Assembly (NCBI GenBank): GCA_910585205.1
Contig: CAJUCC010000037.1
Coordinates: 680 to 64,679, forward strand
DNA: 64,000 bases
From: an uncultured Lachnospiraceae bacterium
GTDB taxonomy: Bacteria > Bacillota > Clostridia > Lachnospirales > Lachnospiraceae
Direction of reading: 5' to 3'
In this document: positions 55,980-64,000 of the stretch, piece by piece
Layout of the letters: the number at the start of each line of letters is the position of its first letter
Numbering within the stretch: the first letter of the stretch is position 1
Position numbers and translations under genes: made by a program
Notes under the pieces: generated by a model
The model's input: the letters and a program-made list of their open reading frames with translations, nothing else
The model's database searches: none
What the model was told of the DNA's origin: nothing

Positions 55980-58900
55980 ATGTCAGAAACAACGAATGAA
56001 ATGTATCAACCTATGACATTTGATGCAATCAAGATTGGATTGGCGTCACCCGATAAGATTCTGGAATGGTCCCGCGGGGAAGTGCTGAAACCGGAGACAA
56101 TCAATTACAGAACCTTAAAGCCGGAAAAGGATGGTCTGTACTGCGAGCGTATTTTCGGACCCAGTAAGGACTGGGAGTGCCATTGCGGAAAGTATAAAAA
56201 GATTCGCTATAAAGGTGTCATCTGCGACCGCTGCGGCGTGGAAGTTACGAAGTCCAATGTCCGCAGGGAACGGATGGGACATATTGCACTGGCGGCACCG
56301 GTATCTCATATCTGGTACTTTAAGGGAATACCGAGCCGAATGGGGCTGATTCTGGATCTGTCTCCCAGAGTGCTGGAAAAGGTGCTTTATTTTGCTTCTT
56401 ATATTGTGCTGGATCCTGCCGGGACGGAACTGCAGATGAAACAGGTATTGTCCGAGAAGGAATATCAGGATGCGAGAGAAACCCACGGAAACCGATTCCG
56501 TGTGGGAATGGGCGCGGAAGCAATCAAGGAGCTGCTGCAGGCGATTGATCTGGAAGAGGATGCCGTACAGCTGAAAGAGGCGTTGAAAGACGCAACCGGA
56601 CAAAAGCGTGCGCGGATTGTAAAGCGTCTGGAAGTTGTGGAAGCATTCCGTGAGTCGGGCAACCGGCCGGAGTGGATGATTATGGATGTGATTCCGGTTA
56701 TTCCGCCGGATCTGCGTCCGATGGTACAGTTGGACGGCGGCCGCTTTGCAACATCGGATTTAAACGATTTATATAGAAGAATTATCAACAGAAACAACCG
56801 TCTGAAACGGTTACTGGAACTGGGGGCACCTGACATTATCGTCAGAAACGAAAAGCGGATGCTGCAGGAAGCGGTTGACGCGCTGATTGACAATGGCAGG
56901 AGAGGCCGTCCCGTCACCGGACCGGGCAACCGGGCGCTGAAATCGCTGTCCGATATGTTAAAGGGAAAATCGGGCCGGTTCCGTCAGAACCTTCTGGGGA
57001 AACGTGTGGATTACTCCGGGCGTTCCGTTATCGTGGTCGGGCCGGAGCTGAAGATTTATCAGTGCGGTCTGCCCAAGGAGATGGCGATCGAATTGTTTAA
57101 GCCGTTCGTTATGAAAGAGCTGGTGGCAAAGGGCATATCCCAGAATATCAAAAATGCGAAAAAGCTTGTGGAACGTCTGGACACGCAGGTATGGGATGTG
57201 CTGGAAGAGGTAATCAAAGAACATCCGGTTATGCTGAACCGTGCTCCCACTCTGCACAGGCTTGGTATTCAGGCATTTGAGCCGATTCTGGTGGAAGGTA
57301 AGGCGATCAAGCTGCACCCGCTCGTATGTACGGCGTTTAACGCCGATTTCGACGGCGACCAGATGGCCGTGCATCTGCCGCTCTCGGTGGAGGCACAGGC
57401 GGAGTGCCGGTTTTTGCTGCTCTCTCCGAATAACCTGTTAAAGCCTTCCGACGGCGGTCCCGTTGCGGTGCCTTCACAGGATATGGTGCTGGGGATTTAT
57501 TATCTGACACAGGAGCGTCCCGGCGCCAGGGGAGAAGGCAAATTTTTCAGCAGTGTCAACGAGGCGATACTGGCCTATGAAAATAAGGCGATTACGCTGC
57601 ACTCCCGCATTATAGCGCGGGTGAGCAGAGTCAATGCCGATGGCGAGACGATCACGGGCAATGTGGAATCGACGCTCGGGCGGTTTATTTTCAATGAAAT
57701 ACTGCCGCAGGATCTCGGGTTTGTGGACCGCAGTGATCCGAAAAATCTGCTGAAACTGGAAGTGGATTTCCATGTGGGGAAAAAGGGTCTGAAACAGATT
57801 CTGGAAAAGGTTATCAATACACATGGGGCATCCAAGACAGCGGAAGTGCTCGACGACATCAAGTCCACCGGTTATAAATATTCCACACAGGCGGCCATGA
57901 CCGTATCAATTTCCGATATGACGGTGCCGGCGCAGAAACAGCAGATGTTGAATGAGGCGCAGATGACTGTGGATAAGATTTCACAGAATTTCCGGCGCGG
58001 ACTGATTACGGAAGAAGAGCGTTACCGGGCTGTGGTGGAAACCTGGAACGAAACGGATAAAGAACTGACAGAGGTATTGCTGGCAGGTCTGGATAAATAT
58101 AATAATATCTTTATGATGGCGGATTCCGGCGCCCGTGGTTCCAATCAGCAGATCAAGCAGCTTGCGGGTATGCGTGGTCTGATGGCGGATACGACGGGAC
58201 GGACGATCGAGCTGCCGATCAAGTCCAATTTCCGTGAAGGGCTGGACGTACTGGAATACTTTATGTCGGCGCACGGCGCCCGCAAGGGTCTGTCCGATAC
58301 GGCGCTGCGTACGGCCGACTCCGGTTATCTGACACGGCGTATGGTGGATGTGTCACAGGAATTGATTATCCGTGAGGTGGACTGCTCCGAGGAGCGGGAT
58401 GAAATACCGGGTATGACGGTAAAAGCCTTTATGGACGGCAAGGAAGTGATCGAGGGGCTGAAAGACAGAATCACAGGACGCTTCTCCTGTGAGGAGATTC
58501 GGGACAAAGACGGCAATGTGATCGTAAAGAAAAATCATATGATTACGCCGAGCCGGGCGGCGCGCATTCTGAGTACAGGTGTCAATGAAAAGGGAGAGCC
58601 GGTAGACGCGGTTAAGATCCGCACCATTCTCGGCTGCCGCTCCCATAACGGGATCTGTGCGAAATGCTATGGCGCTAATATGGCGACCGGGGAACCGGTG
58701 CAGGTTGGAGAAGCGGTGGGCATCATAGCCGCACAGTCGATCGGTGAGCCGGGTACACAGCTTACCATGCGTACGTTCCATACCGGCGGCGTGGCCGGCG
58801 ATGACATTACACAGGGTCTTCCCCGTGTCGAAGAGCTTTTCGAAGCCAGAAAACCGAAAGGACTTGCGATTATTGCGGAGTTCGGCGGCGAGGCGGAGAT

Positions 58901-59783
58901 TCGGGATACGAAGAAAAAGCGGGAGATCGTTATTACGAACCATGAGACAGGGGAGAGCAAGGCATACCTGATTCCCTATGGCTCCCGTATCAAAATACTG
59001 GACGGTGCGATTCTGGAAGCGGGCGACGAACTGACAGAAGGAAGCGTAAACCCGCACGATCTGTTGAAGATCAAGGGAATCCGCGCGGTACAGGACTATA
59101 TGCTCCGTGAGGTTCAGCGTGTGTATCGTCTGCAGGGTGTTGACATCAGCGATAAGCATATCGAAGTGATTGTGCGTCAGATGCTGAAAAAGACACGCAT
59201 AGAAAACAGCGGTGATACGGAATTCCTGCCGGGAACACTGGTGGATGTGCTTGATTTCGAGGAGATCAATGAACAGCTCGTTGCGGAGGGCAAAGAGCCG
59301 GCGGAGGGCAGACAGGTTATGCTCGGAATTACCAAGGCGGCGCTGGCGACCAATTCCTTCTTATCGGCCGCATCCTTCCAGGAGACGACCAAGGTACTGA
59401 CAGAGGCAGCGATCAAAGGCAAGGTCGATAACCTGATCGGCCTGAAAGAGAATATCATTATCGGAAAACTCATCCCTGCCGGTACGGGTATGAAGCGTTA
59501 CAGAAACGTACAGCTCAGTACGGACGCGGAGCTGCAGGATACGTTCTCCTTTGACGAGGAAACGGATGACTTCGATCCGGCGGACGATGAGGAAATGGCT
59601 GTGGATGATATGGATTTGGAGACGGATTTTGACGGCGAAGCGGATGATGCGGAGGCGGAAGACGACGACTACGCACAGGAAGATGATTTCGCCGATGATA
59701 CGGATGAATTCTCTGACGGGGAGGATGAATTTGCGGAAGATGAAGCGGACGCCGGCAGTGTAAAAGCGGGCGAGCTGGTGTAG
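55980..59783 (+). CDS. rpoC: DNA-directed RNA polymerase subunit beta-prime, with a long acidic C-terminal extension
   Basis: Zn-finger [23 protein letters not shown], catalytic [12 protein letters not shown], trigger-loop and clamp blocks. Confidence 0.98.
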   Translation: MSETTNEMYQPMTFDAIKIGLASPDKILEWSRGEVLKPETINYRTLKPEKDGLYCERIFGPSKDWECHCGKYKKIRYKGVICDRCGVEVTKSNVRRERMGHIALAAPVSHIWYFKGIPSRMGLILDLSPRVLEKVLYFASYIVLDPAGTELQMKQVLSEKEYQDARETHGNRFRVGMGAEAIKELLQAIDLEEDAVQLKEALKDATGQKRARIVKRLEVVEAFRESGNRPEWMIMDVIPVIPPDLRPMVQLDGGRFATSDLNDLYRRIINRNNRLKRLLELGAPDIIVRNEKRMLQEAVDALIDNGRRGRPVTGPGNRALKSLSDMLKGKSGRFRQNLLGKRVDYSGRSVIVVGPELKIYQCGLPKEMAIELFKPFVMKELVAKGISQNIKNAKKLVERLDTQVWDVLEEVIKEHPVMLNRAPTLHRLGIQAFEPILVEGKAIKLHPLVCTAFNADFDGDQMAVHLPLSVEAQAECRFLLLSPNNLLKPSDGGPVAVPSQDMVLGIYYLTQERPGARGEGKFFSSVNEAILAYENKAITLHSRIIARVSRVNADGETITGNVESTLGRFIFNEILPQDLGFVDRSDPKNLLKLEVDFHVGKKGLKQILEKVINTHGASKTAEVLDDIKSTGYKYSTQAAMTVSISDMTVPAQKQQMLNEAQMTVDKISQNFRRGLITEEERYRAVVETWNETDKELTEVLLAGLDKYNNIFMMADSGARGSNQQIKQLAGMRGLMADTTGRTIELPIKSNFREGLDVLEYFMSAHGARKGLSDTALRTADSGYLTRRMVDVSQELIIREVDCSEERDEIPGMTVKAFMDGKEVIEGLKDRITGRFSCEEIRDKDGNVIVKKNHMITPSRAARILSTGVNEKGEPVDAVKIRTILGCRSHNGICAKCYGANMATGEPVQVGEAVGIIAAQSIGEPGTQLTMRTFHTGGVAGDDITQGLPRVEELFEARKPKGLAIIAEFGGEAEIRDTKKKREIVITNHETGESKAYLIPYGSRIKILDGAILEAGDELTEGSVNPHDLLKIKGIRAVQDYMLREVQRVYRLQGVDISDKHIEVIVRQMLKKTRIENSGDTEFLPGTLVDVLDFEEINEQLVAEGKEPAEGRQVMLGITKAALATNSFLSAASFQETTKVLTEAAIKGKVDNLIGLKENIIIGKLIPAGTGMKRYRNVQLSTDAELQDTFSFDEETDDFDPADDEEMAVDDMDLETDFDGEADDAEAEDDDYAQEDDFADDTDEFSDGEDEFAEDEADAGSVKAGELV

Positions 59784-59917
59784 AATTGTGATTGGAAAAT
59801 GGCGCAGGAGCCTGTGACAGCACGGCATGCGCCATTTGCAATACCACGCCAGAGGCGCCTGGCACAGTGATTCCGCATACAGACGGGTGCTTTGGCCAAA
59901 CCGGATAAAAAATTTTG

Positions 59918-59946
59918 TTGACAATGCATTTGTAAACACGTATACT
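59918..59946 (+). promoter_or_regulatory. sigma-A-type promoter candidate upstream of rpsL (TTGACA-17-TATACT)
   Basis: TTGACA at 59918-59923; TATACT at 59941-59946. Confidence 0.45.
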
Positions 59947-60030
59947 ATCTTAGTGTGCACGCGAATGCATTGTTTTGCATTGTGCATAAGAAACTATCAT
60001 TACATTATACTATGAAAGAGGTGAAACAGA

Positions 60031-60450
60031 ATGCCAACATTTAACCAGTTAGTAAGAAAAGGTCGTCAGACATCTGTAAAGAAGTCCACAGCTCCGGCGC
60101 TGCAGAGAGGATACAATTCCCTGCGCAAGAAAGCGATCGAGACTTCTTCTCCCCAGAAGAGGGGTGTGTGCACAGCCGTAAAGACTGCAACACCGAAGAA
60201 GCCGAACTCCGCGCTTCGTAAGATTGCCAGAGTACGTCTTTCCAACGGAATCGAAGTTACCAGCTATATCCCGGGCGAAGGCCACAACTTACAGGAGCAC
60301 AGCGTTGTTCTCGTAAGAGGCGGAAGGGTAAAGGACTTACCCGGTACAAGATACCATGTAATCAGAGGTACGCTTGATACCGCCGGCGTTGCGAACAGAA
60401 GACAGGCCCGTTCCAAGTATGGTGCCAAGAGACCGAAAGCTGCAAAATAA
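60031..60450 (+). CDS. rpsL: 30S ribosomal protein S12
   Basis: [13 protein letters not shown]...[33 protein letters not shown]... Confidence 0.98.
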   Translation: MPTFNQLVRKGRQTSVKKSTAPALQRGYNSLRKKAIETSSPQKRGVCTAVKTATPKKPNSALRKIARVRLSNGIEVTSYIPGEGHNLQEHSVVLVRGGRVKDLPGTRYHVIRGTLDTAGVANRRQARSKYGAKRPKAAK

Positions 60451-60561
60451 GCGGGCGTATGAACTGCCTGCAAGTACCACAAATAAGCTGATTAGAAAAG
60501 TGTTGGAATTTTGTTATAAGATTACCGCACGAACACAGATTACAGTTGTGAGTACCGATGA

Positions 60562-61065
<504 letters not shown>

Positions 61066-61079
61066 AGGAGGAATAATCC

Positions 61080-63197
61080 TTGGCTGGAAGAGAGTATCCA
61101 TTAGAGAGAACCAGAAATATCGGTATTATGGCGCATATCGATGCGGGTAAAACCACATTGACGGAGCGTATCCTGTACTATACCGGTGTAAACTATAAAA
61201 TTGGCGATACCCATGAAGGAACTGCGACAATGGACTGGATGGCTCAGGAGCAGGAACGGGGTATTACGATCACATCAGCCGCAACCACCTGTCACTGGAC
61301 TCTGGAAGAGAACGGCAAAGCAAAGCCGGGCGCTCTGGAGCATCGTATCAATATTATCGATACGCCCGGTCACGTTGACTTCACGGTTGAGGTGGAGCGT
61401 TCCCTGCGTGTGCTGGATGGCGCTGTGGGTGTGTTCTGTGCCAAAGGCGGTGTGGAACCGCAGTCAGAGAATGTATGGCGCCAGGCCGATACGTACAATG
61501 TACCGCGAATAGCGTTTATCAATAAGATGGACATTCTGGGTGCGAATTTCTACGGCGCAGTAGATCAGATTAAGACAAGACTGGGTAAGAATGCCATTAT
61601 TCTTCAGCTCCCGATCGGAAAAGAAGATGATTTCCAGGGCATTATCGACCTGTTTGAAATGAAAGCCTATATCTATAATGACGATAAGGGCGACGATATT
61701 TCCATCACCGATATTCCGGAAGATATGAAAGATGATGCGGAATTGTATCACACCGAGCTGGTAGAGAAAATCTGCGAGCTGGACGATGAGCTGATGATGG
61801 TTTATCTGGAAGGGGAAGAACCTTCGATAGAAGATATGAAGGCAGCGCTCCGCAAGGGGACCTGTGAGTGTACGGCAGTTCCGGTATGCTGTGGTTCCGC
61901 GTACAGAAACAAAGGGGTACAGAAGCTGCTGGATGCAATTCTTGAGTTTATGCCTGCACCGACAGACATCCCTGACATTAAGGGAACCGATCTGGACGGC
62001 AATGAAGTGGAGCGGCATTCTTCCGATGACGAACCGTTTTCCGCGCTTGCCTTTAAGATTATGGCCGATCCCTTTGTGGGAAAACTGGCGTTCTTCCGTG
62101 TGTATTCCGGTACGATGAACTCGGGTTCCTATGTGCTGAATGCGACGAAGGGCAAGAAAGAACGTGTGGGACGTATTCTGCAGATGCATGCGAATAAGAG
62201 AGCGGAGCTGGACAAGGTATATTCCGGTGACATCGCAGCGGCGGTAGGCTTTAAGTTTACAACGACAGGCGATACGATCTGCGACGATCAGCATCCGGTT
62301 ATCCTTGAGTCCATGGAATTCCCGGAACCGGTTATCGAGCTGGCAATCGAGCCGAAGACAAAGGCCGGACAGGGAAAGATGGGCGAAGCGCTGGCGAAGC
62401 TGGCAGAGGAAGATCCGACGTTCCGTGCGCATACGAATCAGGAGACTGGCCAGACGATTATCGCCGGCATGGGCGAGCTGCATCTGGAAATTATCGTGGA
62501 CAGACTGCTGCGTGAATTCAAAGTGGAAGCTAACGTAGGCGCGCCGCAGGTTGCTTATAAAGAAGCGATCACAAAAGAAGTGGAAGTGGACAGCAAGTAT
62601 GCGAAGCAGTCCGGTGGACGCGGACAGTACGGACATTGTAAAGTCAGATTTGCACCGATGGATGCCAATGGAGAAGAACTGTTCAAGTTCGAATCTTCGG
62701 TTGTGGGTGGTGCGATTCCCAAAGAATATATTCCTGCCGTTGGAGAAGGTATCGAAGAAGCCACCAAAGCAGGTATCCTGGGCGGGTTCCCGGTTGTGGG
62801 TGTTTACGCCAATGTTTACGACGGGTCTTACCACGAGGTTGACTCTTCGGAAATGGCATTCCATATCGCAGGTTCCCTTGCATTCAAAGAAGCAATGCAG
62901 AAAGCGGCGCCGGTGCTCCTTGAGCCTATTATGAAGGTGGAAGTGACGATGCCGGAAGAATATATGGGTGATGTAATCGGTGACATCAACTCCCGCCGTG
63001 GACGGATTGAAGGAATGGAAGACATCGGCGGCGGCAAGATGGTAAAAGCGTTTGTACCGCTTGCAGAAATGTTCGGTTATTCCACCGATCTGCGTTCCAA
63101 AACGCAAGGCCGCGGCAACTATTCCATGTTCTTCGAGAAATACGAACAGGTTCCGAAGAATGTACAGGAAAAGGTGCTGGCTGCCAAGGGAAAATAG
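61080..63197 (+). CDS. fusA: elongation factor G (TTG start)
   Basis: [46 protein letters not shown] 8 nt before the TTG. Confidence 0.98.
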   Translation: MAGREYPLERTRNIGIMAHIDAGKTTLTERILYYTGVNYKIGDTHEGTATMDWMAQEQERGITITSAATTCHWTLEENGKAKPGALEHRINIIDTPGHVDFTVEVERSLRVLDGAVGVFCAKGGVEPQSENVWRQADTYNVPRIAFINKMDILGANFYGAVDQIKTRLGKNAIILQLPIGKEDDFQGIIDLFEMKAYIYNDDKGDDISITDIPEDMKDDAELYHTELVEKICELDDELMMVYLEGEEPSIEDMKAALRKGTCECTAVPVCCGSAYRNKGVQKLLDAILEFMPAPTDIPDIKGTDLDGNEVERHSSDDEPFSALAFKIMADPFVGKLAFFRVYSGTMNSGSYVLNATKGKKERVGRILQMHANKRAELDKVYSGDIAAAVGFKFTTTGDTICDDQHPVILESMEFPEPVIELAIEPKTKAGQGKMGEALAKLAEEDPTFRAHTNQETGQTIIAGMGELHLEIIVDRLLREFKVEANVGAPQVAYKEAITKEVEVDSKYAKQSGGRGQYGHCKVRFAPMDANGEELFKFESSVVGGAIPKEYIPAVGEGIEEATKAGILGGFPVVGVYANVYDGSYHEVDSSEMAFHIAGSLAFKEAMQKAAPVLLEPIMKVEVTMPEEYMGDVIGDINSRRGRIEGMEDIGGGKMVKAFVPLAEMFGYSTDLRSKTQGRGNYSMFFEKYEQVPKNVQEKVLAAKGK

Positions 63198-63207
63198 GAA
63201 AAAATAC

Positions 63208-63236
63208 TTGAAATATTTGCCTGAGTTTACTATAAT
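63208..63236 (+). promoter_or_regulatory. sigma-A-type promoter candidate upstream of tuf (TTGAAA-17-TATAAT)
   Basis: TTGAAA at 63208-63213; TATAAT at 63231-63236. Confidence 0.5.
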
Positions 63237-63320
63237 CAGTGATAGACGGGTTAATAGAACGAGTATATATTTCGAAACAAAGCAATGAAAGAAAAGCAAA
63301 ATTAAGGAGGAACATCCAAA

Positions 63321-64000
63321 ATGGCTAAAGCTAAATTTGACAGAACCAAAACGCATTGCAATATTGGTACCATTGGTCATGTTGACCATGGTAAAACAAC
63401 TCTGACAGCGGCTATTACAAAAGTGCTTGCTACCAGAGTAGAAGGCAATACGGCAACAGATTTTGAAAACATTGACAAGGCTCCGGAAGAGAGAGAAAGA
63501 GGTATCACAATCTCTACCGCTCACGTTGAGTATTCTACAGAGAACAGACATTATGCACACGTTGACTGCCCTGGCCATGCTGACTATGTAAAGAACATGA
63601 TTACCGGTGCGGCACAGATGGACGGCGCTATTCTTGTAGTAGCTGCAACCGACGGTGTTATGGCGCAGACAAAGGAGCACATCCTTCTGTCCCGTCAGGT
63701 AGGTGTACCGTATATTATCGTATTCCTGAACAAATGCGATATGGTAGATGATCCTGAGCTGATCGAGCTGGTTGAGATGGAAGTAACAGAACAGCTTGAA
63801 GAGTATGGATTTAATGACTGCCCGATTATCAAAGGTTCCGCACTGAAAGCTCTGGAAGATCCGAACGGTGAGTGGGGCGACAAGATCATGGAACTGATGA
63901 ATAACGTTGACGAATACATTCCGGATCCGGAGAGAGCAACTGACAAGCCTTTCCTGATGCCTGTTGAGGACGTATTCACAATCACAGGCCGTGGTACGGT
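63321..64000 (+). CDS. tuf: elongation factor Tu (3' end outside the window)
   Basis: Not in the ORF track because there is no stop in the window. [42 protein letters not shown]...[24 protein letters not shown]. Confidence 0.97.
   Translation, partial: MAKAKFDRTKTHCNIGTIGHVDHGKTTLTAAITKVLATRVEGNTATDFENIDKAPEERERGITISTAHVEYSTENRHYAHVDCPGHADYVKNMITGAAQMDGAILVVAATDGVMAQTKEHILLSRQVGVPYIIVFLNKCDMVDDPELIELVEMEVTEQLEEYGFNDCPIIKGSALKALEDPNGEWGDKIMELMNNVDEYIPDPERATDKPFLMPVEDVFTITGRGT

Overview
Chromosomal segment of a motile, fairly GC-rich Firmicute; gene content and order look Clostridia-like. No rRNA, tRNA or CRISPR array was seen.

Left to right:
- the 3' part of a tyrosine recombinase, then an AT-rich spacer with a promoter and a small membrane-peptide ORF
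- an HxlR regulator divergent from a PNPOx-ferredoxin / osmoprotectant ABC operon
- a FIST + soluble MCP operon
- two unknown genes behind a sigma-D-like -10 element
- glgC-glgD, an Fe-alcohol dehydrogenase, a flavin-reductase-rubredoxin and an M18 aminopeptidase
- a hemerythrin-REC fusion protein
- a PocR/AraC-linked sugar cluster: class II aldolase, a frameshifted fucose-isomerase-family gene, an FGGY kinase and an aldo/keto reductase
- CdaR-type regulator, GntP permease and glycerate kinase; then DUF554 and a PfkB kinase
- a late flagellar block: flgM-flgN-flgK-flgK'-flgL-fliW-csrA, then flaG-fliD-fliS and a FliT-like gene
- a roughly 2.2 kb strongly AT-rich islet
- a 234-bp long-hairpin, MITE-like element
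- an acyl-CoA carboxyltransferase and an orphan FliD-like gene
- rpmG-secE-nusG-rplK-rplA, a three-gene envelope-acylation insert (MBOAT, SGNH/DltD-like, CapA-like), then rplJ-rplL-rpoB-rpoC-rpsL-rpsG-fusA-tuf (tuf runs off the window)

The best candidate for something undescribed is the AT-rich islet at about 38.15-40.3 kb. It has its own promoter and encodes a protein with a HEPN-like R-x4-H motif. Its coding signal runs through three consecutive reading frames, with one junction in a (TA)4 run and the other marked by a misplaced Shine-Dalgarno (SD). This fits a compact, possibly decaying or slippage-controlled, abortive-infection/RNase-type defence module.

Secondary points of interest:
- FliD-C-like orphan paralogs
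- tandem flgK genes
- a poly-G frameshift in the sugar cluster
- the ribosomal-protein cluster split by an MBOAT cassette
- a duplicated leader motif before rplK and rplA

All calls rest on motif recognition by eye; no database search was run.
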